This document shows, in pieces, positions 17,901 through 25,084 of a DNA stretch of 64,000 bases. A model generated the notes under the pieces. The model was not told where the DNA came from. It searched no databases and saw only the letters and a program-made list of their open reading frames with translations. Position numbers and translations under genes: made by a program. Numbering within the stretch: the stretch's first letter is position 1; each line of letters starts with the position of its first letter. Source of the DNA: an uncultured Thermoplasmatales archaeon (GTDB lineage Archaea > Thermoplasmatota > E2 > DHVEG-1); NCBI GenBank assembly GCA_964391965.1, contig CAYMOC010000001.1:21216-85215 (forward strand), written 5' to 3'.

Positions 17901-19152
17901 TTTGGCTTATTGATTCTCCACCTGTGTTTAACTCAAGATATCCTTTTAACATAAAAGATGAAAAAATAAAAGAAACCTCTGAGGGGAGATATTTTACAAA
18001 AAAATAATTAAATTTTCTTTCATTAAATAATTCTTTATAAAACAGAATGTTAACGTTTTGACTGCTTGTTTTTTTATAACCTAATTCAATTTTTTCACCA
18101 GGCAATATTGATATTTTTGTTTTCCAGGCAAATTCTACATTTTTGGGGAGATCTTCAATGTAAAAGCCGACATTGACTGGTTTGCCATTTTTACTTATTC
18201 TTTCATGATGAAATTTTACATTTGTTTTTTCGTCTGTATTTATTGAAAATTCTCGATCATAAGGACCTATTGGGTCTTGTATTTTAATTGTTGATTTTAC
18301 ATAAGAATCATAGGTTGCATAAAAACTCCAACCTAGTGCATCACAAAATAAAGATAATTTATCGTCATCGTTACTACCAGGGTTTATTTGAAAAGAATGT
18401 CCTGGTTTTTTTGCGGGGTTTAATAGATTAGGTGCAAGTTTATATGTTACAGTGCAGCTACTTGGGATTTTTTCTTTGTTTTCAGAGATATATCCAAATT
18501 TTACATTTTGATCTGTTAGGTTTTTTATTAAAAAACCTGGGAAATTTAACTGAGCATATGCTCTTAGATATGCATTTTGATTTATACTGTTTCCACTTAG
18601 AAGTTCTATATTTAGATTAAAATTAATAGTAAAAGACAGGGTTTTAAAATCAAAACCAGGCAATACCATTACACGAGCAGAAACATCATCACCACCCGTT
18701 CCATCAACATCTACCTTAACAGTTTGAAACAAACCTAAACCAGTACTTGTTTCAACACCAGAATAATTAGTATGAAAAGTAAGCAGATCATCTAAAAAAC
18801 CAAGTAATCTATGATCTCTAGAACCATCTAACAAACGAAAAGAACTATCACTTTCATTATCATCATTTTTATTTCTATTAAAAAAATCTTTGATTTTTTC
18901 TTTAGCAGAAGAAAGTCTCTGACCAAGCCGGGTATCCTTAAAACCACCATTCAACAAACCAGAATTGTCTTGATCTTCTGAAGAGTTTGTATCTTCGATA
19001 TTTTCTTCTTTTTTAGTTTCAAATGTTGTTGCGTTTGCTGAAGAAGCTATTGTTGAAAATAGTAGGATAGTTATTATTGTTAGAACCAAAAGCTTTGTTA
19101 AATATATTTTTGAAGAACCCTGGCAGGTATTCTTCTTTAATAATTTTTGCAT
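8953..19152 (-). CDS. Giant secreted surface protein, paralog A, 3399 aa. It has a signal peptide, Ig-like repeats, a PKD domain, FN3-like domains, two internal Hint domains and a C-terminal Hint domain.
   Basis: This is a single 10.2 kb ORF in the track. The N-terminus has a hydrophobic segment ending ASSANA. A PKD motif YRWDFDYTG...GTYTLKLQV is present. The FN3-like pattern C.VWFEYGLT...KCT.YH.RA.ASN.AG recurs. Three Hint domains were identified (see the Hint-domain features at 8968-9363, 9892-10287 and 10876-11271 for the motif evidence). Confidence 0.85.
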   Translation of the reverse strand: MQKLLKKNTCQGSSKIYLTKLLVLTIITILLFSTIASSANATTFETKKEENIEDTNSSEDQDNSGLLNGGFKDTRLGQRLSSAKEKIKDFFNRNKNDDNESDSSFRLLDGSRDHRLLGFLDDLLTFHTNYSGVETSTGLGLFQTVKVDVDGTGGDDVSARVMVLPGFDFKTLSFTINFNLNIELLSGNSINQNAYLRAYAQLNFPGFLIKNLTDQNVKFGYISENKEKIPSSCTVTYKLAPNLLNPAKKPGHSFQINPGSNDDDKLSLFCDALGWSFYATYDSYVKSTIKIQDPIGPYDREFSINTDEKTNVKFHHERISKNGKPVNVGFYIEDLPKNVEFAWKTKISILPGEKIELGYKKTSSQNVNILFYKELFNERKFNYFFVKYLPSEVSFIFSSFMLKGYLELNTGGESISQIGLYDDLFKPKIGVYLSDLPSTNRIDFQFRIGLLRETEISFYSDTEGLSLNAFGSEISILDSESSFELQIKSQSNLDITIYFNLLKGRFEIDNKDPIELEAYFNFESDFLYASGNGHIESSNEPFVLDLNGFVNGIIVDDIDLGLGFEIKNGGGFTLHNLDIELDDAPVYIMDSGNMIPGHSMMDMEFSIENLIFERTTSSSREGIISFMPIFPLRDLGLDELLDSVIVKTYVSKECSLTVDSLDFDLDLTEIAVPNVNITAPTEGTVVENTITIQGTSSPGQKGHSVDYVEVKIGQNPWKKASKIGTSWDNWMIEWDTTNYPGGNYVIKARSYDGLYYSPLDSVTLKINGTGGSDDDDDDEIIDKPTISINPVIPPVSGVVTISGSTTPGESGRPVELVQIQIADEPWMNLSGTTSWSYNWDSSSKPIGRVIVKARCYDGVNYSDNASITLIVKNVDIIENSIIFEIEKEKSTYVNISNLNINYKKTFLQKNDNSPDPMEVKFSWKSLEITSSTSPSKFSFVLDKNDHSVSTSRSGTGSKIVLKDVHFEITNLNLSSVLPALKNVDSRIHVDRIVWDNTAATNSGFYLEINPFLDDNNGSLSVSGKIELSSHLELFGFYFIFNNLSYAKPELHLVGFTEFTFELNVTIRNVTWEIAPDMSWGWINISGEGYISVDLNIKKEGSDELLFELSGVFYLQGENEGLVFSWETLDETKYFTIDGDASIIVDNLKLHIRDVIKISNLSFEGKFEANLQQINSGGGKIWAGEVLAFLNLDGDGKGSIDFDFDIEKIGNLIPSMTIKGLLNVDLDYGFNVDGGLLGVKVKFNETGAPSFEIVDGAGNADLDLSGYISLKDFLFNYPDKNIFVTWSNIEINGDIHPTIFLTKNKVKLRLDAETEDITIIKIEKLVGSIPNFSGSLGYCSLSVGAAGFIEFLFDKNENNVLTIDAQAILDFGIEDVSLVTPGLAASCKEIDLPIEASATGSIVFGEEFQIEGFSGAIGVSGRIHIVGLSIKSPQISVYLSALYIYGNLNIAGEDQVIQVSGYAGGYLHISGGGLISTPAFGTLYVGGTLQLSGAISGSATLGIGNDNGGFSVNSVSGYLSGAVLADVSMTKGLTLFTEEQIDTFCSNTLNTIGNYINNITDSYDLSSFINSVINLIETGFVEPNSKDIIVTASLDIGVQGFIYFTYTPGSLYVAGNLNGGATVKITGLELTFYDRWNIAALQEITLQGSLNFAASTSSKYLEIGIDGEVLGVDLIEFNDLQTNTKIDVDLGVAQFEDNSIRMEWTGALKNLKPDSLKFIFGGGQFTLGYIKINVNNEEVFYMDVGTISISGSIDIDEISYSDSKIDGFHFISNLDASVGIMEITIQDVFSFSLSLNGQLVGDLGAYWEKDDEGTLDSVTVTSNSGLNLEINIEIELNGNHVYLSIPSISAGDFTIEWKKGSTLSIHSQSGFQGSIIQLKVNNDVIFSAFDFGISPNSDITIEWDYMDGNAKCVKATTSAGFDGYLSTIQLNSQTILDLNVEMSSGSSLEYRDWHTFHEGLDWSKDFYFDGSITVTVCRITLNGEVVDISGTLTGYNARIARGGLDSDSNLIYLIQSSDSISTVSGFSFSAQNVDIAGSVDWNGDLRSYFDMIWHDGQGTGKSFYFQSNNGFDGTTTLDVGNFHMIGSRTLGSGDCSIAFDLDGGSSDIKQFYMDTTPNSFIQHISFEFWYGANDAIKILDVGNIWANGKWIHWDFIRIPPYFDHGGEIGSGEEQPVIEATNDGGASWDQIWPYGNQKPNADIGGPYSADVGETVTFDASNSSDPDGDVLQYRWDFDYTGPLDVFWDTGWLDSPTVDHIYDTEGTYTLKLQVREKDTILHKKDNDSTTVNVAVLSEFNIELIYDGVDQGEDLFEGDDFEIYVTDSFSGDPVEDAFVTYQSYDDGVLIGEDTGYTDSSGSVYFVAHEVSDDNPFHENDCLVTVEKSGYVDDEIYFIVEKAVGRVRGYVKEHGSQDPIGDVLVVATNQDTSEEFSTYTSDGTGGHLVGFYDLYLPAGTYDIEASKTGYANGNLYDISVENGDNTLLDTIYLVSAPTVSTLNPGNIEQTTAYLRGNLGSMGGDNSCEVWFEYGLTENYGSSTDPVTVYSTGNFYKQIMGLTKCTAYHYRACASNNAGTSHGNDFSFNTDADPPVIDSVSHTSVTDSSAYLTGKLLDDGGEASTCWLILEQESCFVAGTLISMADGSLKSIEDIQVGDSVKSYDESSGSMVDSVVGHVFVHDAVEMGDYYLVINNRLRVTPDHPLFVNGDWVDADSVVVGDSLLDVSGESIEVLSVDRVFEPVVTYNLEVEGTHTYFADGVLVHNKPGPIQYNCGDHYDPYTFSHTFYNLQPSTPYKWTASADNSGGSSNTDWMYFTTDSDLDKPTLSTQNAASVTQNSAFLRGYLSDMGGANSCNVWFEYGLTTSYGYSTSPISVSSTGYFNTQVTGLSKCTTYHFRAWASNDAGSNHGNDEDFTTDSDKPVIDSVSHTSVTDSSAYLTGKLLDDGGEASTCWLILEQESCFVAGTLISMADGSLKSIEDIQVGDSVKSYDESSGSMVDSVVGHVFVHDAVEMGDYYLVINNRLRVTPDHPLFVNGDWVDADSVVVGDSLLDVSGESIEVLSVDRVFEPVVTYNLEVEGTHTYFADGVLVHNKPGPIQYNCGDHYDPYTFSHTFYNLQPSTPYKWTASADNSGGSSNTDWMYFTTDSDGSPPYFTTDIDTKTVSEQLAISLFNVDAYDADGDSLYFRVKYQYTYYNLDSYYDVIEDDSQVTISAKQYDSNSVRFKVEPKVDSGDQDEYYDIIVHVTDEQGDWYDDYEDFTIHISDDGTCLLSGSKITMAGNAKKNIEDVKIGDMVKSYDDKTGEITTSVVTSIHHHPKEEMTDYYMIINNILKITPNHRIYVNEEWTPAGKVKIDDYLQDIEGEKQRIFSIERIYEKVPTYNFEVNTTHSYYAEELLVHNGGTK
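8968..9363 (-). other. C-terminal Hint (Hedgehog/intein-like) domain of giant protein A. It runs from CLLSGSKIT to ELLVHN and is followed only by GGTK-stop.
   Basis: The Cys codon is at 9361-9363 and the Asn codon at 8968-8970. Block B TPNH and block G HN are present. There is no homing-endonuclease insert. Confidence 0.7.
9892..10287 (-). other. Internal Hint domain, copy 2 (C-proximal). It is inserted within an FN3-like domain of giant protein A.
   Basis: The domain runs CFVAGTLISMADGS...RVTPDHPLFV...GVLVHN. Its Cys is at 10285-10287 and its HN at 9892-9897. The residue after the HN is Lys (KPGP), so a canonical extein +1 nucleophile is absent. Confidence 0.7.
10876..11271 (-). other. Internal Hint domain, copy 1. 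Its amino-acid sequence is identical to copy 2.
   Basis: The DNA and protein match 9892-10287 exactly, offset by 984 bp. Confidence 0.7.
18600..18965. repeat. Dispersed repeat, copy 2. It is the counterpart of 8150-8520.
   Basis: Near-identical DNA. Confidence 0.8.
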
Positions 19153-19448
19153 ATCATTCCCTCTTGCAATTTAAAATTAGGCCCCAATTATTAATATTTG
19201 TTATTTATTATATAAATAGTTTCGCATTTTTATATATTATATTTAATAAATATATCCAAAAATTGGAAGAAAATGATTATAAAATTGTAAAAAAATACTA
19301 CAAAAATCTTTTAAAATATAAATATAAAAATTATTCATAAAATTTAAATAGCCCCCAATGCATAGTGATTTAGGTATTATTATACTAAAATTTGCGTCAC
19401 CGGCGGTTTAGCATAGATAAATACCGTTTGAGGGGCAGTGATAAATAT

Positions 19449-20192
19449 ATGAAAAGGAAGATGCTATTTTCTATAGCAATAGCCTGTTTATTTTTATGCG
19501 TTACAACAACACCAACAATCGGGATTAACCTTTTTGATAAGAAAATAAAAAATTCAGGAAATTCTGATCTTTATATTAGAATGTTTATAGTAAAAAATGG
19601 AAATGTCAATTACATAGAACAAGAAATATCAGAATCAGATTTTGAAGAAATCATATCAGAATTAGAAGATAATGGTATCACTAACACTGTTGAAGAATTA
19701 AAAGATGCTGCTTATAATTATTATCTTGATGGAGGTGGAGATATACAAGGATTGGAAAACGCCGCCGTATCTATTAGCGATAAAATAAATAGTGCTCTAC
19801 CGGATGATTCAACAGATGTAAATCCTAGAGACATCGTAGAATCAATTCCCAATTATGATGGAACAGGTAGTTTAGGCATTTTAATACCAAGTGTGGTAAT
19901 AAGTGCAGGTTTTGCAAAAAGAGCATATACTGTATCATTTGAAGATCCTGAAGCGTTTGCAGGTTTCGTATTTGACCCAATGTTAACAAACTACCAAACA
20001 GGGCACTCAGTAGTTCTAATGTGGCCTTTGATCCGTGATTCACCTAAGTTAAAAGAGAGAATGGGGCCTCATAATCTTCAGACAATAGGTTTCTCAGGAA
20101 TTTATCTAAACATCGGAAAACTTGGATTTGGTCAAGATAACTTCGTATGTTATGCAGGGATATCTCTAATAACTATGCTACCTGCAGAATAA
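19449..20192 (+). CDS. Small secreted hypothetical protein, ~247 aa from the internal ATG. It has an N-terminal signal peptide and is divergent from giant gene A.
   Basis: The ORF at 19392-20192 is in the track. A GAGGGG RBS-like motif lies 8-10 nt upstream of the ATG at 19449. MKRKMLFSIAIACLFLCVTTT is a hydrophobic leader. Confidence 0.5.
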   Translation: MKRKMLFSIAIACLFLCVTTTPTIGINLFDKKIKNSGNSDLYIRMFIVKNGNVNYIEQEISESDFEEIISELEDNGITNTVEELKDAAYNYYLDGGGDIQGLENAAVSISDKINSALPDDSTDVNPRDIVESIPNYDGTGSLGILIPSVVISAGFAKRAYTVSFEDPEAFAGFVFDPMLTNYQTGHSVVLMWPLIRDSPKLKERMGPHNLQTIGFSGIYLNIGKLGFGQDNFVCYAGISLITMLPAE

Positions 20193-20242
20193 AAAAATAA
20201 ATTTAGACTTAGATTTTTTCCATATTTTTTTAAATTTAGAAG

Positions 20243-20316
20243 CGGGCTTGTGGGGATTCGAACCCCAGGCCAATCGGTTAAGAGCCGATTGCTCTACCTA
20301 GCTGAGCTACAAGCCC
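20243..20316 (-). tRNA. tRNA-Lys (anticodon CUU)
   Basis: The reverse complement folds as a cloverleaf. The acceptor is GGGCTTG/CAAGCCC, the D-arm GCTC/GAGC, the anticodon stem ATCGG/CCGAT with loop CTCTTAA, and the T-arm TGGGG-TTCGAAT-CCCCA. Confidence 0.85.
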
Positions 20317-20406
20317 AAAAAAAACTTGATTTTTTTAAGGTTAAAAGTTTTTTTCAGAAAGAAAGGTCATTAATATTTTTTTATTAAGTTTTACTGTTAA
20401 TCCAAT

Positions 20407-21042
20407 TTATTCATCTGCTTTTGAAATGTATTTTGCATCAACTTCATTTGTTATATAAACATCTCTGCCGGCATGATAAATTTTTATTCCATCTTGTTTT
20501 GCTTTTTTACCATCTATTTTTAGTATCATAGGTTCCTCTGTTCTAACTAGACCTGCTTCACGTGCCTTGTGAATTGTTCCACTAAGATGTACTTTTTTTC
20601 TATCTGTTGGATGAAGTCCTCCTTCTATAACCATATCAGCTTCTTCTTCAGTTACAGGGTAAAAAAATTCATCGATTTCTGCTTCTGGAAGGTCATCAAG
20701 ATTAATATCGATTGTATGTCCATATGTAGCTCGAATCATTCCACCGTCAACCTGATAACGTCCTCTTGGATCGGTATCAGCTAATGCTTCGATATGATGT
20801 TTTTTTAACCAATCAAAACCAGAACGACCTGTTCCTATTGCATCAATTAAATCTGAGATTTCAACCCAACCATGTCCATCCATCATTACACCAATTTTTT
20901 CTGGAAAATGACGGAGAGCTCCAGCCATAATACGGCTTAGAGAATTCATCTCTTGAGCATTCATTATAAATTTTCCTTCTCGATTACATATTGGGCATAA
21001 TTCGCCTCGGAAATATCCATGTTCACTACACTTTGCTAACAT
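20407..21042 (-). CDS. kptA: RNA 2'-phosphotransferase (Tpt1/KptA family) with an N-terminal zinc-ribbon extension
   Basis: LSRIMAGALRHFPEKIG...GWVEI, IRATYGHT and a ...VHLS motif match remembered KptA/Tpt1 blocks. The N-terminal CSEHGYFRGELCPIC is a 4-Cys-type ribbon. Confidence 0.75.
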   Translation of the reverse strand: MLAKCSEHGYFRGELCPICNREGKFIMNAQEMNSLSRIMAGALRHFPEKIGVMMDGHGWVEISDLIDAIGTGRSGFDWLKKHHIEALADTDPRGRYQVDGGMIRATYGHTIDINLDDLPEAEIDEFFYPVTEEEADMVIEGGLHPTDRKKVHLSGTIHKAREAGLVRTEEPMILKIDGKKAKQDGIKIYHAGRDVYITNEVDAKYISKADE

Positions 21043-21098
21043 TGTTCCTCAAAGAACTGGTAATAATGAATATTAAGTATAAATTTTTGTACTAAATA

Positions 21099-21809
21099 AT
21101 GCATTACTCTTTTTGGGATGAACCGGTGGATAGAGAACAACTAAAAGAACTGGCTGGTGTAAAAGCCACTGAATATGTAGAAGATGGAATGATTTTAGGA
21201 TTAGGGACAGGATCAACTGTAAAATATACTATATTAAAACTAGGCGAAATGGTAAAAAACGAAAGTTTGGATATTCTTGGTATACCTACTTCAGTTCACA
21301 CAAAAAAACTTGCTAAACAAAATAATATACCTTTAACAACACTTGAAGATAACCCTGAGATTGATCTCACCATTGACGGAGCCGATGAAGTAGATTCTAA
21401 TCTAAATCTAATAAAAGGTGGAGGAGGAGCACTAACCCGGGAAAAAATAATAGCCTATCATTCAAAAAAAATGATAGTAGTAGCAGATGACTCTAAAATA
21501 GTTAAAGCAATAGGAATAAACTTTCCATTACCAGTAGAAATTGTAAAATTTAGTTGGACGGCTACACAAAAAGCAATAGAAGAATTTGAATGTGAAACAG
21601 AACTTAGAAAAATAATGGATCATCCATTTGTAACAGATAACGGAAACTATATCCTTGATTGTGATTTTGGAAGAATAAATGATCCTGCAGAAGTAGAACG
21701 AAACCTTAACTTAATCCCTGGTGTTGTAGAAAATGGATTATTTGTAGGTTTAGCTGATATGGCTATCGTTGGCGGCAAACAAGGAATTACAACTCTTCAG
21801 AACAAATAA
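21099..21809 (+). CDS. rpiA: Ribose-5-phosphate isomerase A
   Basis: GLGTGSTV, IDGADEVD and LIKGGGGALTREKI are classic RpiA motifs. The true start may be the GTG at ~21126. Confidence 0.85.
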   Translation: MHYSFWDEPVDREQLKELAGVKATEYVEDGMILGLGTGSTVKYTILKLGEMVKNESLDILGIPTSVHTKKLAKQNNIPLTTLEDNPEIDLTIDGADEVDSNLNLIKGGGGALTREKIIAYHSKKMIVVADDSKIVKAIGINFPLPVEIVKFSWTATQKAIEEFECETELRKIMDHPFVTDNGNYILDCDFGRINDPAEVERNLNLIPGVVENGLFVGLADMAIVGGKQGITTLQNK

Positions 21810-21856
21810 CACAATCAGCGTTTTATAATACCATCTCCTATTTCATAATTAAAAAC

Positions 21857-22537
21857 ATGGTAAATTTTAAGGAAAAAATACAAAAAACACGGGAAAAAAT
21901 CAATCAGGTTGATTTTGATGCACATTGGTACCGTAGAGTTTTTCATAGTTTCGGAGCGGTTTTTTTAATATATTATGTTTTACCAGATGTCGAATGGGTT
22001 AATCTTTTAAAAATAATTATCCCGCTAATAATTTTAAGTGTAGCTGTAATTATTGAAATATTAAGAGTTAAAGGAAAAATTAGCAGCAGTCATTTTTTTG
22101 GTTTAAGATTTTATGAAAAAAAACGGCTGGGAAGTTATCTTTTTTTTGGATTTGCAATAGTAATTCTCTTACTTTTTTTTCCTCAACAAATAGCGATACC
22201 ATGTATTTTATGTGGATGTTTTGCTGACCCAATTATTGGGGAGTTACGTAGAAAAGTTGATAAAAAAATGTTTTATGTTTCAGGCGTTTTAGTTTGTATG
22301 TTATTTTTTGTTCTCACTTGGTCCTCTTCTGATTTCATTTTTTTAATATCTATTTCTCTAATAGGAGGAATAACTGCTTTTTTTGGAGAGGTAAAAAAAT
22401 TTAGATTGATTGATGATGATTTTATGATACAAATTCTTCCAGCGGTTGTTATTGGTTTAATATGGCTTTCTTTAAAATTTTACGGGATAGATCTTCTACC
22501 AGATCAGATAATTTATGCAGGTGAAATGCCATGGTAG
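21857..22537 (+). CDS. Polytopic membrane protein of unknown function
   Basis: It has multiple hydrophobic segments. I do not recognise a confident family. Confidence 0.4.
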   Translation: MVNFKEKIQKTREKINQVDFDAHWYRRVFHSFGAVFLIYYVLPDVEWVNLLKIIIPLIILSVAVIIEILRVKGKISSSHFFGLRFYEKKRLGSYLFFGFAIVILLLFFPQQIAIPCILCGCFADPIIGELRRKVDKKMFYVSGVLVCMLFFVLTWSSSDFIFLISISLIGGITAFFGEVKKFRLIDDDFMIQILPAVVIGLIWLSLKFYGIDLLPDQIIYAGEMPW

Positions 22538-22812
22538 AAAAAAATAAATCCAAAAAAATGAAATATTTAGATGAAAGAGAAGATGTTGAAAAAATTATTA
22601 GAACCGAGCTTATATTCGCTCCAATTTTAGTAATAATCCCAATAATTGTAGGTTCTTTTTTTATTTATGATTGGTACAATCGTGATATTGTTTTAAATAA
22701 TCTTGATTTAACAGGTGAATTAATAATTGGGATCATTATTTTAGTGGGAAACATTATTTTTGATATTCCTTTTTTGAAATCTCTTAAGGGTTTCTCTTTT
22801 TATAAAAAGTAG
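22531..22812 (+). CDS. Small 2-TM membrane protein, hypothetical
   Basis: The ORF has two hydrophobic helices. It overlaps the 3' end of the convergent MMPL gene. Confidence 0.35.
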   Translation: MVEKNKSKKMKYLDEREDVEKIIRTELIFAPILVIIPIIVGSFFIYDWYNRDIVLNNLDLTGELIIGIIILVGNIIFDIPFLKSLKGFSFYKK

Positions 22813-25084
22813 GTTTTTCTTTTATTATTTTTGAGCAGTAAAAATATGGCAGTATTAAAACAGCTGCAACACATGAAAGAGCAGTCATCATAATTATCAC
22901 TAGTCCGAATTCTTGTAAAGCAGGTATATTAACAAAATAGATTCCTGCAAGACCAGCTATCGTTGTTAATGATGCTTCAACTAAAGATAGACCAGTTTTA
23001 TCTATGGCATCTTTTGTTGCTTCAGTTTTTGATAGGCCTTCTTCGATATTTTCACGTATTCTTTGAGTTATATGAACACCATAATCAATTCCTATACCTA
23101 TCATTATGGAACCTATAGAGATTGTTACAACAGATAGAGAAACATCCATTGCTACAAGAAAACCTGGTTCCCATGCAAGAACAAAAACAACTGGCATTAA
23201 AGTTAAAACTGCATATTTTGACGAATTGAAGATTATTATTAATGCAGATAAAACAAAAAGTAAGGCTACAATCATTGAACGGGTTTGTTCCTCAAAAAGT
23301 ATCTTATTTACTGCTACATTTATTGCATCTTGACCTGTAACTCTAGAAACACGTCCATTATATGGAAGGTTTGAATTTTGAGTAATTTTGTTTATTTGAT
23401 CTATTATTTCTTCATATTCTTGGATACTAAGACCAGTTGGTATTGATATAAGAATAATTGTTTTGGAATGATCTTCATCAACAAGATTTTCTTCAGCGAA
23501 TCTGTTGAATAAAGTTTTTTGAATTGAGGGTATATCTAAGGAACTATTTTCTAATAGATCTCTAAGATTTTCGAGTTTATTACTTATTGTAGTTGAATTC
23601 AATTTTGATAATTCTTTAGTGGTTTCATATATTGGATCTATAACAGAAGTTGCTATTGCTTCTGTTTTACTTTCTATTTCTTCCTCCATTTTATATATTG
23701 CTTCTATGGTTTCAGGTTGTTCTAAACCATTTGTTTCTGTTTCGACTAGTATTCCATTAAAATTAGCCCCTCCTCCAAATTGATTAGAATATTCTACTAT
23801 TGCATCAACCTCAGGAAGACCTTCAGGAGACATGTCAAAATAATTTACATTACTCTCTACTTTGGGTATTAAAACTAGCGACATTATCACAAAAAAAACT
23901 GATATTATAAGGATTCTATGTCTATGTTTTATTATTAATCCTGATGATCTACTCCAACTGGGAAGTTTAGCTTTTGTTTTAAAATCCATTAATAACACAA
24001 GGCATGGAACAATAATTATAGCTGAGATAAAACAGAAAAAGATGCCGATTGCACAGCCGAAACCAAAAGTTATAATTGGTGGCATACTAGATATCATAAG
24101 AGAACCAAAACCAATCATTGTTGTAACCGTTGACAGAAATACTGCTTTACCCGTTGATTTCAATGTTTTATGAACTCTTTCAAGCGGATTATCCGCGTCT
24201 TGTTCTTCAACCATACGATTTATTAAATGTATAGAATAATCTACGCCAAGACCCATCAATAATGCTACAATAGCTACAGATATAATTGTAAGTTGAGGTT
24301 GGACTATACCTAGAACTCCAAAGGTTAGAATTAAAGCTGTTACCGGTGGAAGAAAAGCAATGATTATACCTTTAATAGTGCGATAAAAAAATATAATTAT
24401 CAGTGCAACTAATCCCAATGCAATTGGAAACATAATAACAAGATTACTCATGCTGTCTTCCTGGATTGCTTTTTGCATAGCTGCAGTACCAGTAATGATC
24501 ATTGTTGAGTCAACATTACCTTCGTTTTCAACTGCTTCCTCAGTTTTCTCTAAAATTGCTTCAAAATCTGCATCTGATGAAAGTTGAATTATAACAACAG
24601 CATAATATTTGTCACGAGTGTAAAGTACATCCTCCATAGATTGAAAAACAGAAAGTTTTGCAACCTCATTGTAAACATCATTTTTGTCAAGTTCTTCAAT
24701 ATACTCATAGCTTTTTTCGTTTACAATCAATGATGCTAAACTACGTGTTGATACAACACCATCTTTTAAACCATCATCATTTTTATATTTATTTACCAAA
24801 CTTTCGACTTTATACATTTCCTCTAAAACTTTAGGGGACATAACATCATGGAAACGATCTGTTTGATTTACAAGAATTATTATTGAAGAACCAATGTTGA
24901 ACTCTTCATCTATTCTTTGCCAAAGTTCAAGATTTGGGTCATCCTGCGGTAAATAGCTTGTAAAATCTGATTCCATGTAAATGTTACTGACTTGAAGACC
25001 AGCTAAAGCTGTTAAAATAAAAAAAATTAGAAGAACCATTTTTGGTTTTTTAACTAACAGTTTAGCTAATCTTTTTGAAATCAT
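22784..25084 (-). CDS. MMPL/RND-superfamily exporter (12-TM with two large extracytoplasmic loops)
   Basis: The 766-aa protein has two blocks of TM helices separated by a large hydrophilic domain. This is typical of the MMPL / 'predicted RND exporter' family. Confidence 0.65.
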   Translation of the reverse strand: MISKRLAKLLVKKPKMVLLIFFILTALAGLQVSNIYMESDFTSYLPQDDPNLELWQRIDEEFNIGSSIIILVNQTDRFHDVMSPKVLEEMYKVESLVNKYKNDDGLKDGVVSTRSLASLIVNEKSYEYIEELDKNDVYNEVAKLSVFQSMEDVLYTRDKYYAVVIIQLSSDADFEAILEKTEEAVENEGNVDSTMIITGTAAMQKAIQEDSMSNLVIMFPIALGLVALIIIFFYRTIKGIIIAFLPPVTALILTFGVLGIVQPQLTIISVAIVALLMGLGVDYSIHLINRMVEEQDADNPLERVHKTLKSTGKAVFLSTVTTMIGFGSLMISSMPPIITFGFGCAIGIFFCFISAIIIVPCLVLLMDFKTKAKLPSWSRSSGLIIKHRHRILIISVFFVIMSLVLIPKVESNVNYFDMSPEGLPEVDAIVEYSNQFGGGANFNGILVETETNGLEQPETIEAIYKMEEEIESKTEAIATSVIDPIYETTKELSKLNSTTISNKLENLRDLLENSSLDIPSIQKTLFNRFAEENLVDEDHSKTIILISIPTGLSIQEYEEIIDQINKITQNSNLPYNGRVSRVTGQDAINVAVNKILFEEQTRSMIVALLFVLSALIIIFNSSKYAVLTLMPVVFVLAWEPGFLVAMDVSLSVVTISIGSIMIGIGIDYGVHITQRIRENIEEGLSKTEATKDAIDKTGLSLVEASLTTIAGLAGIYFVNIPALQEFGLVIIMMTALSCVAAVLILPYFYCSKIIKEKPTFYKKRNP

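Noticed and set aside
9070-18620. Numerous 60-230 aa ORFs on both strands within 8953-19152 (for example 17087-17779 at 230 aa, 14495-14755, 9678-10013 and 10704-10997)
   Set aside because: They lie entirely inside the 3399-aa ORF in other frames or on the antisense strand. The pair 9678-10013 and 10704-10997 is only useful as evidence of the 984-bp tandem repeat.
19077-19340. An 87-aa ORF in the AT-rich intergenic region upstream of giant gene A
   Set aside because: The translation is low-complexity and Lys/Tyr/Ile-rich from AT-rich promoter DNA. It overlaps the giant gene start and has no RBS or coding signal.
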